64,000 nt of DNA. Origin: an uncultured Chloroflexia bacterium. Its GTDB lineage: Bacteria > Chloroflexota > Anaerolineae > CG2-30-64-16. The DNA is taken from contig CAVZDU010000006.1 of assembly GCA_963774265.1 (NCBI GenBank), positions 256,001-320,000 of the forward strand. Direction: 5' to 3'. The notes beneath the pieces were generated by a model. The model was not told the origin of the DNA and did no database searches. It saw only the letters and a list, made by a program, of their open reading frames with translations. Made by a program: the position numbers and the translations under genes. Below, piece by piece: positions 1 through 10,130 of the stretch. Numbering within the stretch: the first letter of the stretch is position 1; each line of letters starts with the position of its first letter.

Positions 1-250
1 GGATGCTCCTTCATAAACGCATCCGCGACCGCTTGTGGCTGACCGCTTCCTCAGGGCCGCCCCAGAACGCCCAGGTCAGGGTCACCGACTCCGCCGCAGG
101 CTGGGCGGCCGGGGCTTCGGTCGGCTGCGCAGCAGGCTGGGCTGCCGCTGCGGTCGGTTGCGTCTGCTGCGTGGGCACCGCCGCGCACGCCGATACCACC
201 AGCATCAGGACGACCAATACACTGAGGACGGACCAGAATTTACGAACCAT
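1..250 (-). CDS. Sugar ABC transporter substrate-binding lipoprotein, N-terminal part (runs off window; 1-nt frameshift near 31)
   Basis: Signal peptide with lipobox VSAC, Pro/Ala/Gln linker, then VTLTWAFWGGPEE. Restoring one G near 31 continues the frame as KAVADAFMKEHP, typical of sugar-binding proteins. Confidence 0.8.
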
Positions 251-280
251 GATCTTCTCCTTTCGAGTTTCCCTTCAATT

Positions 281-1572
281 TTATCGAGTTAACTCGGCAA
301 ACAGCGGAACCTCTCCGCTCTTGACCGCGTGATACGCGTAGATGTACATGCCGGCCGACCAGGCCTGATACGGGTAGCCCATCGGGTGGCCACTTTCGCC
401 ATGCAGCCACTCGTTGAACTCCCATTCCTCGTGCACGCCGAGCCGGTTTGCGGCGGCCAGATCGCCCAGAAGGTTGCGAGCCTCGTTCATCCAGCCCATC
501 TTCACGAGCGCGGCGATGTGGAAGCCGCCGATGAAGGGCCAGATGCCGCCATTGTGGTACTGGTGGGGCAGGTTTAGGTTGCGGCTGCGGTAGTACTCGC
601 GCCAGTCGGAGTTGCCGGGGAAGATCGGCGGGTAGATCGCCTTGCTCGGCGACGGGTGCGCGATACCCACCTGGTAGAGATAGCGCATGATGTGATCGGC
701 CCGGTGCTCATCGGCCAGGCCGGTCAGGACGGCAAGCAGGTTGCCCAGGGTGTCGCAGTAATCGCCGTACTCGCGAAACGCGACATACGGCAGATAGAAC
801 GGACGGCTGGAGATGGTGCCCACGTTGTGATAGAGCATGTACCATTCCAGGCGCATCGCCTTCAGCCGTTCCAGGTGCTCGGCGAAGTGCGCCGGCACCC
901 AGCAGCGGTCGATCCACAGCAGCAGGTTGAGCCGCTCGAACACATCGGCCCCGCAGCGCGCCTCAAGCTGCAAAACCTTCGAGGTCTCGGATGTTCGGAC
1001 GCCATCTTCACCGCACGCCTGGGCCATGCGACCATGGCCTTCAAGGCCGCGCCGTACAGCACGTTGTCGTAGAGCACGTTGTAGCGCACGGCCAGCAGGT
1101 CCATCCAGTCGCCGGCCTCGGGCACCTCAAGCAGGCCGCACTCGTTCATGTCCTGGTAGCGCAACCAAAGCGTCGCAAGTTCGAGTCGCTGCCAGTTAGC
1201 CCGCAGATACGCCAGGTCGCCGGTGCGGAGGTAGTGATAGTAGTGGCCGAGAATAAACCAGAGGTTGGCGTCCACTGCGCCGGCGTTCTCCGTGGAGCAT
1301 TCGCCGCTCTCAGGATGCACGTTGAGGGGAATCAGACCCAGCGGAGATTGGTGTTCACCGAGGGTGTCTAGCGATGCGCGGTAGGCCGCAACCAGCTCGG
1401 TCTCGCCGGTCAGGACCGCACCTAACCCGGTGATGATACTGTCGCGTGCCCATACCTGGGGGTAACCTGGGAGCAACCCGGAGGCCCGAAAGCCGTGAGG
1501 TGTCACACAGCGTCGAAGGATATCAAGCGCGTGGCCATACGCTTCTTCGATCAAGGGGTCGAGATTCTGCAT
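281..1572 (-). pseudogene. GH100 (alkaline/neutral invertase)-like or amylo-alpha-1,6-glucosidase-like glycoside hydrolase, split by a frameshift near 1029 (possibly an assembly error)
   Basis: ORF 862..1572 has YPQVWARD and AVDANLWF; ORF 281..1027 has YHNGGIWPF, FNEW and QAWSAG. The halves join with one added base. Confidence 0.75.
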
Positions 1573-1716
1573 TCCACCGCTCTCATAGCAGCATAGATTC
1601 TGGAGGCCGCCTGTGCACCGTGCTGCAGGGTTTCGAAGCCTCGAAGATCTCTATGTGCCTCTCTGCACAGGGTAGTATAGCGAGGCCTGCGAAAAACATC
1701 AAATGGGCGGTGCCCC

Positions 1717-3165
1717 GTAACTGTTCAGCGTTGGGGTAAGGGAGTTTAGATGGGTGCGGGTGCGCAGGCGGTCTGGGGTAGTTGGAGGGCGCGCAGACAC
1801 TCGGTCAGCGGATTCAGGCGGCGGGCCTGCCAGGTACCGAACACACTGGCCAAGGTGAAGCGGGTATCGGTGCCGGCGGCGGAGCGCGAGCCGCCGCTGA
1901 TTTTGCGCAGCACGACCAAGGGCCGAATGCTGCGCTCAGCCAGATTATTATCGGCTGGCACCTCCGGCAGGAGTACAAACTGAAATAACTCGTCTTGGTG
2001 GCGCAGCAGGCGTTTCGCCAGGACCGCACAGGGCTGGGCGGGCTCCAGCGCATACTGCTGACCCAGGACACAGGCGCGGGTGTGCAGGCGCAGATACTGC
2101 TGGGTCCGGGCCGCGGCGCTGGGCGTCGGGTGCTCGTGGAGCCAGGTCTGGGCGTCCTCGTAGAGTTGGCGGACGGCCGCGGCCCACGCCAGCACCTCCG
2201 CCGTCGCCCCGTGGGCCTCTTTGAGGGCATGCAGGTCGCGCAACAGATGCACCCAGCAGCGCTGATGGTGGCCGGGGATCGGGTTGTAGGCCGCATAGAA
2301 ATCCGTGACCAGACAACCCCGCCAGTCGGGACCCAAGACCCGCTGCGGCACGAAGTGGCTGCGGCCGGGATCGTACGCGTAGTAGCGCACGGCCGCCGGA
2401 CCTGCGGTCACAAAAGCCCAGGCCCAACCGTTCTGACCGCACTCGCGCCAGCTCGTTTCGTCGCCATGCACTACCGGGCTGGCCTGTACGGCCCGTTTGA
2501 GTTGCTCCGCGAGCGGCTGCAAGTGCTGCTGGACATCGTGCGCCAATTCGGCGATCTCCCCAATGCTGAGGTGCAGGCCATGCAGCGTCTGCAAGTAACT
2601 CTGCACCAGCCGCACCGGCAGTCGCAACGTCGTGCGCAAGTACGCCACCACGCTGGCGATGCGCACCCCAATCCGCCCCTGCCCAAATACCTGACCGCTC
2701 AGATCCAGTTGGGGGCTGCGCCAGCGCACACAGTGCGGACACCAGCGCTTCACCACCTGATGCTCGATCACTTCCACCGGCTGCGGCGGCGGCAACTCCA
2801 CCACTTCACGGCTATAGTCGAGGCTCTCGCCGTGCAAAGGATACTGGCAGTCCGGACAGCGCGCCAACGCATGCCGCTCGACACGCGTCGCAACCATCCG
2901 CTTGCGCGACGTGTTGTGCTCGGCCGCGCGCTTCTTACGCGGCGCGGGCGGGGTCTGAGCCTTCTGGCGATTCGGCTTTACGAACGCCGGCGGATCACCC
3001 CGCTGCTGCAGCTGCGCTTCCAGCTCATTGATCCGCGCTAGGGCGAGCGCTAACTGCTCCCGCAACTCGGCATTCGCCGCTCTCAGGCGCTCGAATGCCT
3101 GCTCTTCATCAAGGGTCATGCCCTAATCATGCCATAGCCTGTCAAGGGTAACGCTGAACAGTTAC
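1717..3165. mobile_element. IS66-family insertion sequence, single-ORF (ISBst12-like group), complete
   Basis: Perfect 16-bp terminal inverted repeats GTAACTGTTCAGCGTT (1717-1732 / 3150-3165); 8-bp direct repeat GGTGCCCC at 1709-1716 and 3166-3173. Confidence 0.95.
1746..3119 (-). CDS. IS66-family DDE transposase (TnpC-type)
   Basis: N-terminal coiled coil, CPDC...CPHC zinc finger, HGDETSW, LVTDFYAAY, QRCWVHLLR and DNNLAERSIRP motifs. Confidence 0.95.
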   Translation of the reverse strand: MTLDEEQAFERLRAANAELREQLALALARINELEAQLQQRGDPPAFVKPNRQKAQTPPAPRKKRAAEHNTSRKRMVATRVERHALARCPDCQYPLHGESLDYSREVVELPPPQPVEVIEHQVVKRWCPHCVRWRSPQLDLSGQVFGQGRIGVRIASVVAYLRTTLRLPVRLVQSYLQTLHGLHLSIGEIAELAHDVQQHLQPLAEQLKRAVQASPVVHGDETSWRECGQNGWAWAFVTAGPAAVRYYAYDPGRSHFVPQRVLGPDWRGCLVTDFYAAYNPIPGHHQRCWVHLLRDLHALKEAHGATAEVLAWAAAVRQLYEDAQTWLHEHPTPSAAARTQQYLRLHTRACVLGQQYALEPAQPCAVLAKRLLRHQDELFQFVLLPEVPADNNLAERSIRPLVVLRKISGGSRSAAGTDTRFTLASVFGTWQARRLNPLTECLRALQLPQTACAPAPI

Positions 3166-3202
3166 GGTGCCCCGTCCCATCGCGCCCTTGCCCATTTGCG
3201 AG

Positions 3203-3208
3203 TATAAT
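3203..3208 (+). promoter_or_regulatory. -10 box TATAAT 6 nt before the ATG of the pyrK-like gene (leaderless-type promoter)
   Basis: TATAATcgctccATG, with no Shine-Dalgarno sequence between box and start. Confidence 0.55.
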
Positions 3209-3214
3209 CGCTCC

Positions 3215-3991
3215 ATGACCGTGACGCAATACACTGCAACCGTCGTCGAGCGGCGGGTAACAGGTCCGGCTGTGGAGCTGGTGTTGGCCGAACCGGCGCT
3301 CAGCCGCCTTCTCCACCCCGGACAGCCGGTGCTCGTCAAAGCCGGACCGGGGTTGGCTCCTTACCTCAGGCGTACGCTCTATCCCACTTCGCTCGACGAA
3401 GAGAGTTTCACCCTGCGCATCCCGCCGTCCGCAGATTGGGGCGATGCCTGGCTGCGGACCGCGGCCGTAGGCGCGACCATCGACTGTCTCGGGCCGGTCG
3501 GCCTCGGCTTCAGCCTCGACCCGCGTGTGCGCAACCTGCTCTGTGTGGGAGAGGGCGAGGCCGCGTGGCATCTATTGCCGGTAGTGCAGTGGGCCGACGC
3601 GGCGGGGCTATCCGTGACGTTGGTTGCGGCCGCGAGGAGCACGCGCGGTAGCCTGCCTGCCGGGCGGCTGCCCGCAGGGGTCGAGTACCAGATGGTCACG
3701 AGCGACGGCCGGCCCGATGTGCTGCGGCCGTTGATGTCTACCCTATCCGACCTTCTGCCGTGGGCGGAAGCGTTATGTGCGTCTGCATCCCTCGACGCAT
3801 ACGGCCCGCTTGCCGAGACCGTGGCATCTGCGCGTTTCACTTTGACGCGCGGTTTCGCCCAGGTCATCTATCCGATGCAGTTATTGTGCGGCACGGGCGC
3901 GTGCCAGGCGTGCGTGGCGGACGTGGCCGGGGGCCGGCGCCGTGTCTGCCTGCGCGGGCCAGTTTTTGACCTGGTGGATCTGCGAGGCTAA
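3215..3991 (+). CDS. pyrK: Dihydroorotate dehydrogenase electron-transfer subunit-like protein (FAD/NAD-binding, 2Fe-2S)
   Basis: PGQPVLV, LRRT, GPVGLGF and C-terminal CGTGACQAC...VCLRGPVF cluster motif; start placed at ATG 3215. Confidence 0.75.
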   Translation: MTVTQYTATVVERRVTGPAVELVLAEPALSRLLHPGQPVLVKAGPGLAPYLRRTLYPTSLDEESFTLRIPPSADWGDAWLRTAAVGATIDCLGPVGLGFSLDPRVRNLLCVGEGEAAWHLLPVVQWADAAGLSVTLVAAARSTRGSLPAGRLPAGVEYQMVTSDGRPDVLRPLMSTLSDLLPWAEALCASASLDAYGPLAETVASARFTLTRGFAQVIYPMQLLCGTGACQACVADVAGGRRRVCLRGPVFDLVDLRG

Positions 3992-4002
3992 CGGCCAGGT
4001 CT

Positions 4003-4983
4003 TCAGGCAGGCCCCACCGGAGCGCGACCCTGCGCCATCGCCACCTGCCGCTCTATCCACGGATAGGTTTCCGAAATCCCTTGCCGCAACGAATATCGCG
4101 CGCGCCACCCCAGCGAGTAGATTCGTTCATTGCTGAAATTGCGCGACTGCACGCCCACCGGACCCTTGACCCACTCGACATTAATACGCTTCCCCGCGAC
4201 CGCAGCCACAATGTCGACCAGTTCCTTCACCGACACGTACTCGGGGCTCCCGATATTGACCGCACCTTCCAGGTCCGATTGCATAAGCCGGTAGATGCCG
4301 TCAACCATGTCGTTGACATAGGTATACGACCGGATGGCGGTGCCGTCGCCCCACACTGGGATCGTGCCGCCATCTGGGACTTCCGCAACTTTCCGGCAGG
4401 TCGCGGCGGGCGCCTTCTCACGGCCCCCGGTCCATGTACCCTCAGGTCCAAAACAATTCTGGAAGCGCGCGATCCGCACCTTCATGCCATGGTGCCGGCC
4501 GTAGGCCTGCAGCATCCGCTCCGAATAGAGTTTCTCCCACCCATACTCATTGTCGGGATTCGCCGGCACTGCTTGCGCCTCGGTCATCTCCGGCTCGCCT
4601 GGCTGCATGTCGCGGTAGACACAAACCGATGACGAGAAAAAGTAGCGCGGCACGCCCAGCTCAGCCGCCGTGTGCGTCATGTGGACGTTGATCAACACGC
4701 TATTGTGCATGATCTCGCACTCGGCTGAGTGAATGAACCCCATGCCGCCCATGTCCGCGGCGAGCTGGTAAACCTCGTCAAACGTGCCATCGCCCAGGGT
4801 CAATGCCGAGCGGCAGTTCTCCGGCTCACGCAGGTCCAGCACCCGAAATTCGTCGGCCGCTGACCGGGCGAATTCATGCTGCTTGATGTCCACACCGCGC
4901 ACCCAGTAGCCCTCAGCTTTTAGCTTCTTGACCAGGTGCCCTCCGATAAATCCGCCTGCTCCACATACGATTGCTTTCTTCAT
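4003..4983 (-). CDS. NAD-dependent nucleotide-sugar epimerase (GDP-mannose 3,5-epimerase-like)
   Basis: GAGGFIG, QLAADMGGMGFI, YGWEK and GGREKAPAA motifs. Confidence 0.85.
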   Translation of the reverse strand: MKKAIVCGAGGFIGGHLVKKLKAEGYWVRGVDIKQHEFARSAADEFRVLDLREPENCRSALTLGDGTFDEVYQLAADMGGMGFIHSAECEIMHNSVLINVHMTHTAAELGVPRYFFSSSVCVYRDMQPGEPEMTEAQAVPANPDNEYGWEKLYSERMLQAYGRHHGMKVRIARFQNCFGPEGTWTGGREKAPAATCRKVAEVPDGGTIPVWGDGTAIRSYTYVNDMVDGIYRLMQSDLEGAVNIGSPEYVSVKELVDIVAAVAGKRINVEWVKGPVGVQSRNFSNERIYSLGWRARYSLRQGISETYPWIERQVAMAQGRAPVGPA

Positions 4984-6140
4984 GGTTTGCTCTCCGCGCG
5001 TGCGATAGCCAACGCTGTGGCCGCTGCTGTCAGAACCATATCGACCTGCTCATCACTCATCGTTGGATACAACGGCAGGGTGACCTCGCGGGCCGCCAAC
5101 CTTTCGGTGATCGGAACAGACACACCGGGATAACGTTCACGATAGTAACTGAATTGGTGGATCGGGGGGTAGTGAATGCTCGTTTGGATCCCCGATTCCC
5201 GCATCGAATCCATGAATACCTGGCGGTCGGCGCGCTCCGGAAGCAAAATCGGCAAGATATGATGGGAGGATTCTCCGCTCGCCTTCCCAAAGGGCAGCTC
5301 GATCCCATCAAAAGAGGCGCCTGCCAATCCCCGCCAATAGCGATCGGTGAGGACCCTTCGGCGAGCGTTGTTCTTTGGAAGCTTGCCCAGTTGCGCCAAC
5401 CCTAAGGCGGAGCGAATCTCATCGATGCGATAATTATAACCCAGCGCCTCCACATCGTAAGTGGAGGCATGCCCGCGGTGGCGGTCCCAGGTGAGTGTGG
5501 TCATGCCATGAGACCGCAGCAGTCTGGCCTTCTCGGCTAACTCATCACGGTTGGTGACCAGCATCCCGCCTTCCCCGGTGGCGAGGTTCTTGTTCGAGAA
5601 AAAGCTGTAACAGCCCACGTCCCCCCATGTGCCCAGGGCCTGCCCGTCAAGCGATGCGCCAGGCGCGTGCGCAGCGTCCTCGATGACGGACAACCCATGG
5701 CGCCTGGCAATCTCCATGATATCGGGCATCCGGCAGGGATACCCGCCATAGTGAACCACGATGATGGCCTTGGTGCGGGATGTGATTTGTCTTTCAATGT
5801 CCTCGGGAGAAATATTGAGATCGTCCGCCCCGATGATATCGGCGAAGCGCACTTCAGCATTCGTGTACAAGACAGCATTCGCAGTGGCGACGAAGGTCAG
5901 GGAGGGGACAATCACCTCATCGCCGGGTCCGATCCCGAGCGCCAGGCAAGCCAGATGGAGCGCTTCCGTAGCGTTCGAAACCGCCAACGTGTATCTGGCT
6001 CGCGTGAGATCGGAGAAGGCGCGCTCGAACTCCTGGGTCACCGCGCCCATCGTCAGCCAGCGGCGCCGGATCACGTCGAGCGCGGCCTGCTCTTCTTCGG
6101 GGCCGTAGTCAAGGTCTGACAGCGGAACACGCCACTCCAT
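4980..6140 (-). CDS. DegT/DnrJ/EryC1/StrS PLP-dependent sugar aminotransferase
   Basis: IEDAAHAPG, SFFSNKNLATGEGGM, GYNYR and LPLYP motifs. Confidence 0.92.
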   Translation of the reverse strand: MEWRVPLSDLDYGPEEEQAALDVIRRRWLTMGAVTQEFERAFSDLTRARYTLAVSNATEALHLACLALGIGPGDEVIVPSLTFVATANAVLYTNAEVRFADIIGADDLNISPEDIERQITSRTKAIIVVHYGGYPCRMPDIMEIARRHGLSVIEDAAHAPGASLDGQALGTWGDVGCYSFFSNKNLATGEGGMLVTNRDELAEKARLLRSHGMTTLTWDRHRGHASTYDVEALGYNYRIDEIRSALGLAQLGKLPKNNARRRVLTDRYWRGLAGASFDGIELPFGKASGESSHHILPILLPERADRQVFMDSMRESGIQTSIHYPPIHQFSYYRERYPGVSVPITERLAAREVTLPLYPTMSDEQVDMVLTAAATALAIARAESKP

Positions 6141-6176
6141 ACCGCCCCCATCTCCAAGTGAATCAGCCGCACGCGG

Positions 6177-6944
6177 TCACGCGCCGGCCGGCGCCTGCTC
6201 AGAATACTCCGGCAGCGAAGCCGACTCGCCGTCCTGCTCTCCCAACAGCTGCGGCTTCAACCACTCGAAGTCTTTGACGGCCTGCTCATAGTCTTCGAAT
6301 CGCCCCAGGTCCATCCAATAACCATCGAACGGATAACTTACAACTTTCTCGGCTGCAGCGATCAATCGCAATACCAGGTCCGGGAAGTCCAAATGCTCAC
6401 GGTATCCGATGTAGGAAAGGACGCTAGGCTCGAAGACATAGATGCCCATGCTCACGGTAAACTCGTAGGTAGGTTTCTCTATGTATCCGACGACCTCATG
6501 GTCGGTGCTCGTGCGGAGCACCCCGAGATCGATCCGCACCTTCTTGATATACGATGCGATCGTCGCCGCGGCGCGGCTCTTTCGATGGCTGTCGATCAGA
6601 TCTGGAAAGTGCAATGAGGTCAACACGTCCCCATTCATGACCAGAAAGGTATCATCCAGACCATCCAGCAAGGAAAGTGGCCCGGCGGTGCCGAGCGGTT
6701 GATCTTCGAAGCTATAGGAGATATTCAATCCAAGCCGGCTGCCATCCTGGAAGAACGCGCGAAGCAGGCCGGCGGAGTATCCCACCGCCAGGGTCACCTC
6801 GTCGACGCCGAATCGCTTCAGCTGCCTGAGCAGGATCTCCAGTATCGGCATATCGTCGCCAATCGGCATGAGCGGTTTGGGCAACACCTTTGTGTAGGGA
6901 GCCAGGCGGCTCCCCTTCCCCCCTGCCAGAATGACCGCTTTCAT
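6177..6944 (-). CDS. Sugar-1-phosphate nucleotidyltransferase
   Basis: ILAGGKGSRLAPYT..PKPL, EDQPLGTAG, NGD and WMDLG motifs. Confidence 0.92.
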   Translation of the reverse strand: MKAVILAGGKGSRLAPYTKVLPKPLMPIGDDMPILEILLRQLKRFGVDEVTLAVGYSAGLLRAFFQDGSRLGLNISYSFEDQPLGTAGPLSLLDGLDDTFLVMNGDVLTSLHFPDLIDSHRKSRAAATIASYIKKVRIDLGVLRTSTDHEVVGYIEKPTYEFTVSMGIYVFEPSVLSYIGYREHLDFPDLVLRLIAAAEKVVSYPFDGYWMDLGRFEDYEQAVKDFEWLKPQLLGEQDGESASLPEYSEQAPAGA

Positions 6945-6956
6945 ATAATCCCTCTT

Positions 6957-7952
6957 CTACAGTTGATAGTGCTCAGGGCGATAAAGACGTAAATTCGCCG
7001 CAATCCATTCGATTGTCTCCGCAAGCCCCTGTCGCAGGCTGACGCGGGGCGTCCATCCCAGGCGAGCCCGCGCACGGCTGTTGTCTGAGATCAGACGTTG
7101 TACCTCGCTCTTCCCGGGTCGCAGGCGCATCGGGGTCACTTCGATCTCTTTCTGTACATCAAGCAGCGAGAGGATTTCCGCGGCCAGATCTCCGACCCGG
7201 ATCTCGCTCCCAAACCCCAGGTTGAACGTCTCTCCTTCTACGCCCGGCGTCTGCGCCGCTGCCAGGAAACCATCGACCGTGTCCGCGACATATGTGAAGT
7301 CACGCCGGGCATCCAGGTTCCCGAGGTGTATCACATCCTGGGTGAGCGCCTGCGTAATGATGGCCGGGATCACGGCCCGCGCAGACTGGCGCGGGCCATA
7401 AGTGTTGAACGGACGAACGGTGACCGCCGGCAGATCATAGGCGCAATAGAAGCTCTCGACCAGCTTGTCCGCGCCGATCTTGCTGGCGGAATACGGCGAT
7501 TGCCCCTGGAGCGGGTGACTCTCGTCGATCGGAACCCTCAACGCCGTCCCATACACTTCGCTCGTGGAGGTGTGCACGATGCGCCGCACGCCGTTCTCGC
7601 GGCCAGCCAGCAAGATATTCAAGGTTCCCAGCACATTGGATTCTACCACTTCCGCCGGGTGCACATAGGAGTAGGGTATCGCAATCAGGGCGCCCAGGTG
7701 AAAGACGATCTCAACGTCCCGCGATGCGGCCATCAACGCCGGCAGATCGCGCAGATCTCCCGCGATAACGTCAATGTTCGCGCGCAGCTCCGGAGGCGCC
7801 AGCGACAGCAGCCCGAGATCTCCTCGCGAGTTGTAGCGCACAAATGCCCGGACTTGCGCCCCACTCCGCGCCAGCGACTCTACCAGGTGACTCCCGATGA
7901 AGCCCCCCGCGCCGGTCACTAACACCTGCCTGCCGTGCCAGGGATCCGTCAT
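6957..7952 (-). CDS. NDP-sugar 4,6-dehydratase (extended SDR, LegB-like)
   Basis: GAGGFIGSH, LGALIAIPYSY, TSTSEVYG, YSASK and RPFNTYGPRQSARAVIP; start moved to ATG 7952. Confidence 0.88.
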   Translation of the reverse strand: MTDPWHGRQVLVTGAGGFIGSHLVESLARSGAQVRAFVRYNSRGDLGLLSLAPPELRANIDVIAGDLRDLPALMAASRDVEIVFHLGALIAIPYSYVHPAEVVESNVLGTLNILLAGRENGVRRIVHTSTSEVYGTALRVPIDESHPLQGQSPYSASKIGADKLVESFYCAYDLPAVTVRPFNTYGPRQSARAVIPAIITQALTQDVIHLGNLDARRDFTYVADTVDGFLAAAQTPGVEGETFNLGFGSEIRVGDLAAEILSLLDVQKEIEVTPMRLRPGKSEVQRLISDNSRARARLGWTPRVSLRQGLAETIEWIAANLRLYRPEHYQL

Positions 7953-9550
7953 CGGACCTTTCCTCCGTCTGATTCCTGTGACAGGGATGCCAGGTGCGGC
8001 GCGGTGCGTTTCGCGTAGCACTGCAGACAATCGACATCCGCGCCGTTTCCGGGCCCGCCTCCGGCCTGGCCCGTCGACGGTGCACCCCTGCACAGGCGGC
8101 TCAGCGAGTCAACCATATCGGGCATCACGACCAATCTGGTCTTGGCGGACTGGCAGACCTTGATGATCGAACGCTGCTGTTCGGCAGAGATGCGTCGATC
8201 GGCCAGAATGATCACCTTGATATTCAGTTGAGCCACCAGTCTCGGGATGTCGTTGCGGGTGCCCACGACACGGACGCCGTGAACGCGCATTCCCTGTTCA
8301 AGCACATCATCGTCCACAAATCCAACCACCTGGAACTGCTGCGCATTCTCAGGCTGATCCAGGACCCACGCCGCATTCCGGGCAGTATAACCGGAGCCGA
8401 CGATCAGAACGCGCTCGCTCGCGCCGATAGCTCTCATACGACGGCGGGTGATGTAACTGACGGCGCCGGTCGCCAGGCGGCCGCGATATCTGAACGCAAC
8501 GAATCCTATGAGGGCGAGTATCGAGGAGATCGCAATCAACCCGAGTGGAAAGAGACGGAGCAGGAGATTGGCCATGAAAGCGACAAGCGCGGCCACGGCC
8601 CATGCTGCGACGAGGTCGTAGGCATCTTCGGGCGCAGCCTTGGGCCACACGACACGGTCGACGCCAATCAGCGCCCCTGTGATGCCGAAGAGAAGCGCGA
8701 GCGCGACGGCCGCGCCGAAGGACTTCAGCCAGCCCACGTTCAGAGGCTCGTAGATGCGCCAGATGACGCCCACGATGCCGACAGCGACCAGTGCGATGAG
8801 CGTGTCGGCCGCGAACCAGTTGATGTGCCGGTGCATGAGACGGGTGACGGGACCGACAAACAACAGCCGCTCGGGCGGCTCGTGAGAGCCGATCCCGGGC
8901 AGGATGATATACGCGGTCCACAACAAGGTGTCCATGTCCAGGCAAAACGAGTGATAGCGCACGTAGAGCTCATCGAGGCGCTGCTTATCTGGAGCGAGCT
9001 CGCCGATGTACTGCCGGAATACGTTGGCAGTGGTCAGGAGCGTTTCCTCGTTGTGGTAAAGAACGGATGCCGGGCTGGTGACGCCCGGGCGCACCGAAAG
9101 GATCTTGACGCGAGCCACAGCAGGCCAGCTGCGCACGATGTCAGGATCTTCCGGACGAGGCCCCACGAGGCTCATGTCGCCGACCAGCACATTCCAGAAC
9201 TGGGGCAGCTCGTTCAGCTTCGTATCCCGCAGCCAGCGCCCCAACGGCGTCACCCGGGCATCGTCGCGGGCGGTGACCTTGGGGCCCGAGTAGCTGGCCT
9301 GCGTCTCGTACATGGTGCGGAACTTCAGGATCTTGAAGGGCTGCCCATTTCTACCCACGCGCGTGCCCCGATAGAAGACCGGTCCGGGTGAATCCCGCTT
9401 GATCCAGATGGCGATCAGGCAGAATAAGGGCGCGAGCCAGATCAACACGATCAGCGAGATGATGATGTCGGACGCCCTCTTCATCGGCCCGCTGCGCCAG
9501 ATGCGATAGTTGGCGACACGAGAGACGCGCCTGAGACTCTTCTCGGTCAT
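7949..9550 (-). CDS. Phosphoglycosyl (priming) transferase with N-terminal Bac_transf domain fused to TM segments and a CoA/NAD-binding-like domain
   Basis: [28 protein letters not shown], four hydrophobic segments, then VLIVGSG...VVGFVDDD; start ATG 9550. Confidence 0.85.
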   Translation of the reverse strand: MTEKSLRRVSRVANYRIWRSGPMKRASDIIISLIVLIWLAPLFCLIAIWIKRDSPGPVFYRGTRVGRNGQPFKILKFRTMYETQASYSGPKVTARDDARVTPLGRWLRDTKLNELPQFWNVLVGDMSLVGPRPEDPDIVRSWPAVARVKILSVRPGVTSPASVLYHNEETLLTTANVFRQYIGELAPDKQRLDELYVRYHSFCLDMDTLLWTAYIILPGIGSHEPPERLLFVGPVTRLMHRHINWFAADTLIALVAVGIVGVIWRIYEPLNVGWLKSFGAAVALALLFGITGALIGVDRVVWPKAAPEDAYDLVAAWAVAALVAFMANLLLRLFPLGLIAISSILALIGFVAFRYRGRLATGAVSYITRRRMRAIGASERVLIVGSGYTARNAAWVLDQPENAQQFQVVGFVDDDVLEQGMRVHGVRVVGTRNDIPRLVAQLNIKVIILADRRISAEQQRSIIKVCQSAKTRLVVMPDMVDSLSRLCRGAPSTGQAGGGPGNGADVDCLQCYAKRTAPHLASLSQESDGGKVR

Positions 9551-9572
9551 AATGAGCCCTCCCGGTACACGT

Positions 9573-10130
9573 TCAGGCTGATGGCTGGTCGATCTTCTCC
9601 AGCCATTCCTCTCTCCAGAATAGTGCACAACAACGATCACAGGGCCCAAAGTCCGCAGTGCCCTGGCAGACGACCCCATCGAGAAGCACGATGCCTTTCG
9701 ATGTCTTGACGCGCAGATCACGCTCGTCGACGAATCGCTCCAGGCGCTTGAGAACCCGCTGAGTCGTGCCGCAATACTGGGTCATTTCCGGCATAAAGGT
9801 GCACCCTCGGAGCTGCCGCCAGTGATTGAGCATGGCGTCTATCTCCGCCCTGGGCCGGACGCGCACCAGGTCACCAGCTGCCAGATGGGTGGCCGAACTG
9901 ACAGCCGGCCGGACCGCAGGAAGCTCAGGCCTGCCTCTGATCCGGCTCAACCAATTCATCAGGTCGTTCGTGCGCTTCTTGAACCGACGTTCCACTTGCG
10001 GGCTCATTCTGCGGCGGATCATCAGCTTAAGTCGCCGCGCGAGCGACTGGGGCGGCATCTCGGCGTGCCCCTCCGCGATTCGCTGCAGGCACGGAACCTG
10101 GCAGTCCTCGGCTTCTTCAGCTAGCTTCAT
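9573..10130 (-). CDS. Conserved hypothetical Cys-rich protein (SH3-like GDLVRVR motif)
   Basis: Start ATG 10130 after AAGGGAG; GDLVRVRP..EI, GCTFMPEMTQYCG and C-terminal CQG..CDRCCALFWREEWL. Confidence 0.7.
   Translation of the reverse strand: MKLAEEAEDCQVPCLQRIAEGHAEMPPQSLARRLKLMIRRRMSPQVERRFKKRTNDLMNWLSRIRGRPELPAVRPAVSSATHLAAGDLVRVRPRAEIDAMLNHWRQLRGCTFMPEMTQYCGTTQRVLKRLERFVDERDLRVKTSKGIVLLDGVVCQGTADFGPCDRCCALFWREEWLEKIDQPSA

Noticed and set aside
3167-3214. Upstream GTG start for the pyrK-like ORF
   Set aside because: It begins inside the IS target duplication; ATG 3215 after TATAAT fits better.
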